From contig NIVC01000443.1 of NCBI GenBank assembly GCA_002269645.1, forward strand, positions 1 through 59,892: a DNA stretch of 59,892 nt, given 5' to 3'. The notes beneath the pieces are model-generated. The model did not search any database. It was given only the letters and a program-made list of their open reading frames with translations, and had not been told where the DNA came from. The stretch comes from Macrostomum lignano. Lineage: Eukaryota. Positions 1 through 10,700 of this stretch are shown piece by piece. The position numbers and the translations under genes were made by a program. Numbering within the stretch: the first letter of the stretch is position 1; the number at the start of each line of letters is the position of its first letter.

Positions 1-519
1 TACACCACTGCCCGCGCGGGGACGGATGGAGAGCACTCAGCGGCACGCCGGCCTGGGACCTGATGGGGAACCCGACGGCCTTACTTGGACTGCTGCGCAG
101 GATGGGGCGCCTCTAACAGGGGCCGCCCCCGGCCACATCGACCCCGTCGAACCGGCCGCGTCTGGAAGAAGAAAGAAAGAAAGAAAGAAGGAGCCCTAGG
201 TTTGTCCCGGGGAGCGTCCAGAGAAGACGGTGCACACCTGCCTGCCATTTTTGAGAGGATGGGCTTTTGGGACAATGTCTGGAGAGAGCTTTTTAACCTC
301 AATGGCCAGATAGAGAATCCAGCTCATGGCTGCGGACAAGATGAGAGAGGAAAGGAGAGGGAATAGAGGATGAGAGATGAGAGAAGGAGAAGAGAGGCAA
401 GAGATGGCATGAGAGAAAAGGTAAGAGGAGAGGAGAGGAGAGAGGGCATAGAGGGTAGAGAAGAGAGCTGAGAAAGAGACACAAACCTTGAGCTGGCCGG
501 ATTGCTATTGGGAAGTTTC

Positions 520-586
520 AATGGACCCGTGGGCCGGATAGAGAGGCTTTGCGAGCCGCATGTGGACCTGAGTTTGCTGACCCCTG
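520..586 (-). mobile_element. Probable terminus of a hAT-superfamily DNA transposon/MITE
   Basis: The minus strand reads CAGGGGTCAGCAAACT...CCACATGCGGCTCGC, similar to Charlie-type hAT ends. The partner end was not found in the window. Confidence 0.4.
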
Positions 587-901
587 CTACACTGTGCATT
601 TAATCTCTCACGATCATTCTGAACTATCTGATCCTTTGCTGCAGAGCGATACTATCAAGAGAAACACTTTAAATTGATAAATATGGTAATTGACTGCAAA
701 ATAAATCATGTTATAACGAATGGAAACTATTTTTAGTTGCCTACTAATGAGTAGCAAAAAGCGCTTGAAAAGAAGAAATTTTAATCTGAATCTGGTCAAA
801 TAATTCAGTTAGTCATAGTCAATAATGAACCATTTAATTGCTATTAATATGATAGAACTGGCTCAAATTATAACGAGAAATACATGAGTTATTTGTTAGC
901 T

Positions 902-1373
902 ATCATGAGATAAGTCCTTACAGTCTGACACCGATCATGAGATTAGTCATTACAGTCTGACACCGATTATGAGATGAGTCATTACAGTCTGACACCGATT
1001 ATGAGATGAGTCATTACAGTCTGACACCGATCATGAGATGAGTCATTACAGTTTGACACCGATTATGAGATGAGTCATTACAGTTTGACACCGATTATGA
1101 GATGAGTCATTACAGTCTGACACCGATTATGAGATGAGTCATTACAGTTTGACACCGATTATGAGATGAGTCATTACAGTCTGACACCGATCATGAGATG
1201 AGTCATTACAGTTTGACACCGATCATGAGATGAGTCATTACAGTTTGACACCGATTATGAGATGAGTCATTACAGTCTGACACCGATCATGAGATGAGTC
1301 ATTACAGTTTGACACCAATTATGAGATGAGTCATTACAGTCTGAAACAGATCATGAGATGAGTCATTACAGTT
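902..1373. repeat. 32-bp minisatellite (GATCATGAGATGAGTCATTACAGTCTGACACC), ~14 copies
   Basis: Period read directly (961->993). Confidence 0.95.
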
Positions 1374-2239
1374 TATTCACATCTCATGCCTTTTCAAGCC
1401 TCAATAAGATATCTTTTAGCATTTATTCAGCTTCAAAGTTACATTTGTCAAAATTTGAAAAAGTGAAAAAGTCGAGTTTCTCCAATGTTCACCAATGTTT
1501 ACCAATGTTTCTCCAGGGCAATCGAGTTTAAATATTTCATATGTGTTTTGATTCAATCAAATCACAAAACGATGTCACAAACAAATTTAAGAAATCGGCG
1601 TAGATCCCGATACGAGCTATGCTTTCCAAGATGTCAGTTGACATGGACGTAATATATGAAATGCTCGTAAAGGTTATATTGGAATATTGGTTAAACAATG
1701 GCTAATTTCATTTTGACAACTTGGATGGTGCAAAAGGTTCTAATAGTATGCCAATGAGCTTAAATTAACCAGCTAATAGCGGACAGTAATCACGGGCAAC
1801 ACGACATACTTATTTTAAAGTGTATAATAATTAAATATTTAATTTTAGTTTTACACTCGATTGCCGTAAAAATAATATTTTAATCATCAGTGCTACCCTG
1901 AACTACTTACAATACTCTTAGTAGTATTGCAAGCATTGCAGCAGTAGCAATGTAAAGTTGAGGAGTGACCATGTATGTCATCATGAGAAAATCTTAGAAA
2001 ATTGGATAATCAAGGTTAGCAAGAATTATTAGCATATAGAAATAGAAAGGATGGAACAGCAGTAAATAAAATAGCGATAAAAGTAGCTTGAACAGAGCTC
2101 CAGAACTAGAAAAATTGCTGAAAATCCATTGACATTGTACATGTCATGTCATTTGACAGTTCCGCCTTTCTTCAAGCTATCAACTCCAAAACCCCCTGGT
2201 GCGCACTAACATTCTCTTATAACCGACTGAATACTCACC

Positions 2240-2572
2240 CGATACCAACCTCACTCTAGGACACCCACCTCATTCCCAGACACCTACCTCACTCCAGGAC
2301 ACTCACCTCACTCCAGGACACCCACCCCACTCTAGGACACCCACCCACTCAGGACACCACCCACTCCAGGACACCAACCTCAATCCAGGACACCCACCTC
2401 AATCCAGGACACCCACCCCACTCTAGGACACCCACCCACTCCAGGACAGCCACCCACTCCAGGACACCCACTCTAGGACACCCACCCCACTCCAGGACAG
2501 CCACCTCACTCCAGGACACCAACCTCACTCCAGGACACCCAACTCATTCCAGGACACTCACCTCACTCCGGG
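2240..2572. repeat. ~19-bp degenerate minisatellite (CACCCACCTCACTCCAGGA)
   Basis: Direct reading. Confidence 0.9.
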
Positions 2573-2968
2573 ACAACCATTCGTACTTTGCAAAAATATT
2601 CAGAACAGTCTTAGTTCTGGAGCTCCGCGAAATCCTCTACCTCACAAAAAAGATGGCTATATAGACAAAATATAGAAGCATAGAGCGTACCAACAACTCG
2701 AAACAGGGCGAGTGCTATCAAACGAATATGTTTACGATTTTTCCAAGATTGCTCAAATATCTATTGAGCAAATTGCTCAACCATATCAATTTGAATGTTG
2801 GAAATTTTTACTGACTGCTAACTTTTGTTTCCAGGTTTCTACTCATATTGGAGCAACAGAAGCAATTCTGAGGCAAATCCATATTGCTATTGCTATAGGG
2901 AGCACACAGATAAACATGAGAGTAACTTTAAATTCATTGTCGTCTCAGACCACGCAAAATGCTCAATC

Positions 2969-4117
2969 TCAATATTGTCCCTTCTTCGCCTCCTTCTCGT
3001 CTCTGTTGAGCTCCTCCAGCGTCACTGCCTCGTACTCTACGTCGCCGGGCCCAGCACGAGCTTCTGCAGCAGCACAATGGCTATGAGGGCCAGCAGTTTG
3101 AGGAAGATGAGGAAGGCCTGGATGAGGAAGAAGCCGCGGTACTCGTAGGCTTCGGCAATTAGCGCAGTGGCGAACGGCGAGAGCGCCATGCCGACCCCCA
3201 TGCCGGCCAGGCTGAAGGGGTAGGCCAGGTGTCCGGGCAGCGTGGTCAGCTCCTCGCCGGCCGGGAACAGGAAGGTGATGCTCGGTCCGAGGCCGAAGCC
3301 GCATAGGAAGGCCAAAAATTTGCTCAGAGCGTCGTTGGAGGCGCAGAATTCCCACAGGGCCAGCATTGCCGCCAGCAGGGCGGTGCAGACGAGCAGGATG
3401 TACTTTAGCCGGTTGAGCAGCAGGTCCTTGGTGAATGCGGTGATCGTGGCAGCGATGGCGTATGTGCTGGCTTCGCCGAAGGCGAACAGCTGAGTCAGGT
3501 GCGTGGACTGGGTGAGGATGTGCTCCCGGCGCTTGACGTAATCGGCCAGGTTCAGCAGCAGTCCATAGGTGACGATGCTGGTCATGATGCGGTCAAAAAC
3601 CACAAACAAAGGTAGGGCACCTTGCGCCGGTCGATCTCCCGGATGGCGCCCAGGCAGCTATTGTTACTGCTCAGGTAGTCTTGCTTCTGGGGATTCTTGC
3701 CGAAGACTATTACACCGCTCAAATTGACTACCAGGTAGATTCCGCCCAGAATAAGGAAGGCCTTTCGCCAGGTGTAGGTCTCAATCAGGCTGGCGTACAT
3801 CTGCACGAACACGATTGACGCGATGGAGCCGCCGGACACCAGCGTGGTGGCCAGGATGTGGTGCCTGTGTTGCTTGTCGAAGTACTCGTTGACGATGAGG
3901 CCGACAACGCTGAGCACGCAGGAGCTGCCGATGCCGTGGAACAGGGTGTGCGTGAGGAACAGCCAATGCGGATTGGGCACATAGGAGGAGGTGACGCAGG
4001 CCAGCAAGATGAACAGGGAGCCAAGCAGCTGGAAGAGGCGGAATCGCCGGCCAGACACCAGGATGGCGGTGCTGGTGGCGGCTGTGGTCATGTAGCCCAT
4101 GGCTGCGTAGCTGTCCC
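2969..4117 (-). CDS. SLC16-like exon 3 (TM2-TM12 and acidic tail), split across three ORFs
   Basis: ORFs 3582-4175, 3037-3609 and the end of 2969-3355 join into one MFS protein if single bases are restored in homopolymers. Confidence 0.8.
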
Positions 4118-7100
4118 CTGCGGCAACGGAAGGATAGGCAAATGTTAAGAACATTTTCAACAAATCTGAACTCAAATGCAGAAACTAAAGCTGTCTCTGG
4201 TCAACCCTGCTTTTCTAAACGAAAATTCTTAGTAAAGACTGTTCAGAATGCGGAGCACTTCATCTGTGCATGTCCCGCCTTTACTCAGGACAGGCTCACC
4301 TACTCTTACCTCGGCCCACACCCGGACCTTTCCGACGTTTTCAGGCCCAAGAATTTCTGCCACCTCGTCCGATATTAAGGGCTACCGGGCGAGCAACAAT
4401 CCACTATCTGGACTCTCCGGAGAAGGAACCACGCCTGCGAACACCGGCACTACCGGATCTCCCTGCGCGACACCGCAGCAACAGCTGCCGGTCGTCGCTA
4501 GCTAGGTTCCCCCACCCTCCGCAGGGCCCTGCTTGGACTCAACCGCAGGGATATCAGGGCGGTAACCTGTCTTTCAGGCATCGTCACCTCCAGAGAAAAT
4601 CCACAATGAGGAATGCCCATTCTGCTTCTCCGATGTTGAGAATTCGGAGCACTTTATCTGCGAATGCAACGCCTTTACTCAGGGCAGGCTCACCTACCTC
4701 GGCTCAAATCAGGACCTTTCCGACGTTTTCTGGCCCGGGCTACCGGGCTACCGGGCGAGCGACAATCCACCTCCTGGACTCTCCTCCGGAGGGGGACCGC
4801 GCTGCGGACACCGGCACCACCGGATCTCCAGGCGCGACACCGCAGCACCAGCTACCCGTGATTGCCAGGGGTTAGCGAAATGGGCGTCAACGCCTCCCCA
4901 CTGTATCCGGATGCCCAGAGCCCCCTGCAGCTGAGTCATTCGGTCACAAACTCAAGCAAATCAGCACATTTCTAGACGCTCAATGCCTACAAAGAACAGC
5001 GGTCTCAAACATCTTAAAACTGAATTCCTAAGAAAAAATGCTCCGAACTCTTGTATCCCCCCCCCCCAGCTATTTATGCACCCAGTCTCTGGGCCCCCTT
5101 TTCCCGGGCTCTGCTCCGGACCAATTAATTATTCAAATAGTTTTGAGCAAATTCCTGCCTTCAATTATCGGCTAAGAGGAGAGAGAGAGAGGCAAGGGCG
5201 GCTGTGGAGTTCGCATTGATCCCAGCTATCCTAAAATATATCGGGCAGCGGGCCGACGGTGTCCTTGAAATCCGGTCTATTCTGGTTTTTCCGCAGAAAA
5301 TCAAAGCAGTTGCTGAAGCTATGTGCTCATACAGATGGCTGTAAAACTCTGAATATCTGTTTCGATTCATTCTAGGAGAAACCAGCAGCTTCGCTTCTAC
5401 TGACCTGGGCCCATTAAAATGCCTTTAAAAAATGAACCTTTGCTCATAGCGCCCACGAGTTAAGCATAATCTAAAATTGGCATGACTCAGTGAAAATTGT
5501 GCTCGTAGAACTGCACCGAGTCACCCACCGATCCAGTTCAGCTCAGCCAGGGATGTTGTCCCATTGAACTCGGTGCGCAATTGCGCTATAAAAACGCCAA
5601 ATGCGCGCCGTTTTCCGCCCAGAAATATGACGTTCACTGCCGCGCAGGCCAGCACTACCCAGGCCCAGACTGGGGTGCTGCCGCCGCCACCGCCGCCGCC
5701 GCCGCCGCCGCCTGCGATGGTGACTCCATTGCAGCTTTCTTCACCTTGCTTACTACAAAGAAATGGTGAGTTAGAAAGCTAAGCTTCCGTGTTGCTTAGA
5801 AGGTAAACGCATCAGACTCTGTTTCTCTGATTCATAGCCGCGACCCCTGGTTCAATTCCGTGCACGGCCACATTCATTTGGGGCTTGCGCTCGGGATTGT
5901 CGTGACGGCCAACCTCCAAGGCACAGAGAGTGTACCTGCCTGACGCTTAGAAAGTCAGGACCGCCGCTGTGTGTGCTTGTATCTCCTCAGGAGTCAGGAA
6001 AGTCAGGAATGCTTAGGAATGCAGCAGGATGCCAGCAGCCCCACCCCCTGCAACTGTTTATTATAATCAAGCTAAGTTTCCGATGCGAGCAAAGAGAGCT
6101 GATTGAGCGTCGGCTCAAAATCAGGCCTCGATTTGATGGCCATCAATGGGTTGGCTGATCATTGTCCAAAGTTAATTTGCCGGGGAAATCTGAGCTTGAC
6201 AATAAGAGCCCTTTGTCTTCTACACGTACGTTAAGAGTGATTGGGGCAAACTATAGGAAGCTTGAGTGCAAAAAATTCCTCACTTTCCCCATCTCAGTCT
6301 GGAATAGTTGAAATGAAAGAAAACTTTATTCCACTTGACAAGACATTGATTTTAGCCTTTCATCCCATTGACATGAAATATTTGAGCGGGGACAGCATTC
6401 TCGATCCCGGCTTCCTTCCGTCCTGGGGTCTCAGATGTCCCGCCTTATCCGCGGACTGGAATAGAAAGCCCAAATCCGCTATTGGCTTTTATGCAGTTGG
6501 TGTCTGGGTGGTGGAAAGGCCAGAAGAAGGAGGTTTTTCAAGTGGACTCGCAGCGGGGCCGATCAGAGAAGAGAAGGGGGAAGGGGAAGCGGTCTCCTGT
6601 GTCTGACGGGAACGGCATCCTAGTTTTTTCCTCTCCATTTTCTCCCTAGTTTTCCAAACTCCAGCAAGCATCGACAGCCACGCGAAGCCCTCTCCCTGTC
6701 CAACCTTCTGCTTCTTGCATCTTGCAGCAGGCGCAGCATGAAAGATACACTCGCACACAACAAAAGTTATCCGCTTCCAGAGCTGTAGATGCTGGATCAC
6801 AATCCCATTTTCCCCCGGCACTCAGATATTCAGCAAGCGTAGATCGCGCCACACTCCATCTCAGACCTCACCCCCGCAACCCTGAGCTGTTTCAGTTTCC
6901 GACAGCGGCGATTTGATAAATCAGCTGCTCCCCAGGGTTCTCCCTCTCTCTAGCTACTCCTGACACAGGAACCGCGTTCGAATGACTCTGGTGGAGTGCA
7001 AGCCCCAGACGGTCCTTAGTGTGCCTTAAAGCGCCATTTAAAGCCCATGTTAACAGGTTGGCCCCTGTTGAAGTAGACAGAGTTCACAGAGCGGACCTGT

Positions 7101-7729
7101 TACATTGCTAACGCTTCGATTTGCTAACATCAAACTAATTGCTGAATACGGTGCGAGCTTGCAAGCCTAGGATTTTGGCCTAGAGTCTTAGTCTTGACGT
7201 AATTTGCTACCTGAATTATCTACCTACCTGCTGCAGGTACATTTACCTTTTCAAGGGATGTAGTCAACCACTCAGGACAAGCAGCATCAGACTTAACGAT
7301 AATTTGTAAAGGTCCATGCATGTAAAATATATCTAATCTTGATAATGAGCTACATTTTCAGTACTCAACTGCTTGTGATTGAATCTAAAAAGCAATTACG
7401 AGCTAATAATGTTTAATAAAAATTGGGCCTGGGAACGGAGGAACTCACTTAGATTGTTGTTGTCGCTCCTGCTGCTGCTGTTGTTGCATTGGCTGCTCAT
7501 ACTGTTGCTCTTGGTATGGTTGCTGCTGATATTGTTGCTGTTGCTGGTACGGTTGCTGTTGCTGGTACGGTTGCTGTTGCTGGTACGGTTGCTGTTGCTG
7601 GTACGGTTGCTGTTGCTGGTACGGTTGCTGTTGCTGGTACGGTTGCTGCTGATGGTACGGTTGCTGCTGCTGGTATGGTTGCTGCCAATCAGTTGCTTCC
7701 CCGTCTGGCCGGGAATGGGATGCCATCAT
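2969..7729 (-). CDS. SLC16/monocarboxylate-transporter-like MFS transporter, 3 exons (7729-7449, 5752-5529, 4117-2969), with two 1-nt frameshifts in exon 3
   Basis: Exon 1 ATG follows an in-frame TGA and ends AA|GTGAGT. Exon 2 (tttgtag|T) gives WAWVVLACAAVNVIFLGGKRRAFGVF...ELNWIG, matching MCT TM1 and the WIG motif. Exon 3 (ccgcag|GG) gives LFHGIGSS...VNEYF...ATTLVSGGS and the C-terminal TMs. Phases 2 and 1 match. Frames break at A5 3595-3599 and near 3048-3052. Confidence 0.8.
4244..4870 (+). mobile_element. Two adjacent degraded 3' fragments of a non-LTR retrotransposon (LINE) in SLC16-like intron 2
   Basis: 4244-4500 and 4645-4870 are diverged copies of each other. Translations RALLGLNRRDIRAVT and ECPFCFSDVENSEHFICEC (CX2CX8HX4C) are typical of the C-terminal zinc knuckle of LINE ORF2. 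Confidence 0.65.
5529..5752 (-). CDS. SLC16-like exon 2 (poly-Gly and TM1)
   Basis: Reads KQGEESCNGVTIAG10STPVWAWVVLAC...NWIG. It has no ATG, so it is missing from the ORF track. Confidence 0.85.
5785..5870 (+). mobile_element. tRNA-like sequence, probably a tRNA-derived SINE head or tRNA pseudogene
   Basis: CCGTG/CACGG acceptor-stem pairing, A-box-like TTGCTTAGAAGG, ATCAGA/TCTGAT stem with a 9-nt loop, B-box GGTTCAATTCC, 3' CCA. Confidence 0.5.
7449..7729 (-). CDS. SLC16-like exon 1 with coding 18-bp (QQQQPY)n repeat
   Basis: ORF 7445-7735. The donor GTGAGT at 7448-7443 splices in frame to exon 2. Confidence 0.7.
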
Positions 7730-10700
7730 GAGCAATCAGCAATTGCAAGCAGGACAAGAATTTTAGCGGCTGATGACTGTAGGTGGCTCCCGACGGCAGG
7801 AAAAACAGAGTTCTTATACCTCCTCCTACAGCTCCGAGAAAACTGGCACGGGCCTTAAAAAACTGGCCAATCCTGAGAACAGGGACTTGGGTGGAGGAGC
7901 GGCCGATGAGGAAGGAGATGAGGAAGGGCAAATGCAGGAGAGAAGCGAGAAATAGGGCGTGGGGGCGATGCAGCCCACTTGAGACAAGCCCCCGATGCAT
8001 TCTCTTAAGCGCAATGGGAGCAAAAGGGAGGGGAAGTACACGCCACTTCACGAGAACACGAGACTAAAGGAGGGAAGGAAAGAAACTATTGCCAATCGGT
8101 GTGAACAACTGTGACAAAGCGAGGTAGTGAGGGTGAGGGCCGGAAAATGCAGTGGTGGTAGAGCTGTGTAAAGCGCGGCTGACGGTTTTCAAGACCGGTT
8201 TAAACTGTCAATTGTAATTTCTCGATACTTTACGTTTCTGTTCACATTTCTCCAGAGCTGGGAGGAGCTTTATTAATCCCGTCTGAGCCAGACAAGCAGT
8301 GCAGACCGGCTTTGAACTGCCAGCCGCTGGATAATTTATTAGGCCTCGAGCGAGTAGGGATGATCAACGTGGTACCGAACTCGAGAGAAAATCCACAAGT
8401 TGGAAAACGAGACCGCTCTTGCTTGGGAACTATATGGCCACAAAAAATTGTTTGCTTCTTCGGGTCATTACTGTCAGGGAACTTTAAGAATACTCACTTA
8501 GAAACTTAGAAACCTCACGCCACTTTTCCGAACGGGCTCTTTGCTCTTCCGCCATCTTACTGTGACATTGATTCACCATGTGCCCTCAACTGCGATCGAA
8601 CAATCTCTCACAGGATATTGTTACATCAGAGGAGCACTTCTCCTACTCGTATTACTCAATTCAAACAGTTTGTTCTGTCCTTCTCATCTTCCGAAAATTC
8701 TTTTGAGTCAAGTGAGTTCGACTCAGATTGCTTAGGGCAGAATAATTTTCGCTACTATTTTAAACGGACATCAATCCTTTAATACGCTCGCATTAGTTTC
8801 TCTTTGCTTTAAGGTACCTATTTATGCGGAAGCATCGGAGTTGCCAAAGAGGCTGACAAAGCGACAAACTGCACCATCTAAAAGAAGGCTCGTGGGCATT
8901 TTCCATGGAAACATGACCGGGGAGATAATACTATTCCACATGACAGTTTTCGAAACTTCGACGCGTGTAAAAGTATAGTTGTGGGTCTTGAAAAACATGA
9001 ATATTTGCTCTTTTGAATATTTCTTCAATAGAAAGTGTTTCTCAGCCTCAGTGTCGAGTCAGAAGTTCTTCTTACACAAATTCAAAGGTGATGATAAGGA
9101 TATAAACGGTTATTCTCAGGCAGCAATTGCATGAACTTAAAGCCGTGTAGCGGCGGATGCTGCGGCAATTGGCCACGAAGCGTCGGGTCTCGGTGCAGTT
9201 CACATAGTGATCCTGGAAGGTCCGTGCCGCTCCTTGCGGCTTCGTCTTATTCAACTGCTGCCGGGGAATATCCCTTTATATCGTTAAATATTGCATAGAG
9301 ATGCCGATCTGTATGGACAGTAATCAAGTGCAAAGCTTATGGAACGTGCACTCTCGAGAAACCGCCTTGATTATCGAGGCGTCAAAGTCCACACCGTATA
9401 AAGTATCAAAAAGAAACAGAGCGGGAGCCATACGGCCGGTTAAAACTGGTTTCTCCTCAGCTCCTCAGCCGACAGCCAGTGTGAAGCATTTTCGGGGCCA
9501 GTCAGACCCATCTGCCCAGTTTGCCGCATTATGCAGGGGAGGGCAGAATTAGCCAAGGCGATAGGAGAGCCCGGCCTGGCCAAATAGCATTGCAGATTCA
9601 TTATGAGTTCGATCTCGCCCAGTTATCTTCTGGTCCGGAGGAAAAGCCAAGCCCGAGCAGGCAGCTAGACTGCAGCCTAGGCTTGGGAGACGGGCTCAGG
9701 GATTTCTTTGCTAAGCTGAAAACCGAATCAGAGAACAGCTTGATTCCCGCTGGGAATTGCTTGGTGAAGCTGGGGTCGGCTGGGGGAGGGGAATGAAAGC
9801 TCACCCGTCCTGTTTGAGTTTCGGCTTCAGGCTTTCCGAATGCACTTTGGCTTTCTCCCGGTCGGTACCAATCAATCCTAGACAGACTCGTACAGTTCAA
9901 GATGGCTGAGATTCATCAAGAATTGAAGAAACGTGGTAGCATACGAGCATAATAAATGTCAAATCTAATAGATAAACAAAAGCTAGCTGGGTAGCTGCTG
10001 CAGTAGTTGAGTTAAGAAATGTCTGACAGCTTCAAATCTCATAATTCTCTTTCATGAATTTCCTATTTCCCTTCTGTACCTCTTTTCTCCCAGGGGTGTC
10101 TCCTGTATGGCTATAGTTGCTTCTTTTTTGCCACTTCTCCGGGGATTCAACAGCACGGAACATCCCCTCCCCCATTCGGCCAGTTCGGTAGGCAATTGGC
10201 TAGAGGGATTTCGCAGAAGACCCAGTCCAATTTACTGATCTGCTGTATAGGACAGGCTATAGGAATTCGAAAAACTTTCTGGCCCACTAGAGTAAAGCGT
10301 CACGAAGTGAACGCTTATGATGGTCCTGACGTCTAGTACTTACTAGTTTGTGTCCGCTCAGTGATGCATAAAATTATTCATGTAGCAGTTCTACCAACTT
10401 TTCTCGACGAAAGGAGAGCGAGCGTATTTGCAATTTCAGGGGACACAGCGTCTGGAAATTGAAATTCGCTTTACAGTTAGCCAGCTCTAATAAATGCTAA
10501 TTGACAGAGTCTGACTGTGCAACGAAATTCGAATTCTGCAAGAGCGCAAAGTGCATTTTGGAGGTGGAAAACCGTTCATATACTCCTACGTACAGTATAT
10601 GTGCGCCGGACACGCTGCTCAAAGAAAATGATGTGACTTTTACCTGGTTAAATCATTTATGCGTAAGCACACAGAACTACAAGGCTTAAAAAGATGCATG

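Noticed and set aside
5564-5782. Poly-Pro ORF on the + strand
   Set aside because: Antisense of the poly-Gly codons in transporter exon 2.
5785-5870. Functional tRNA gene
   Set aside because: The anticodon loop is 9 nt, the D-arm is poor and the T-stem is mismatched, so it is kept only as a tRNA-like/SINE head.
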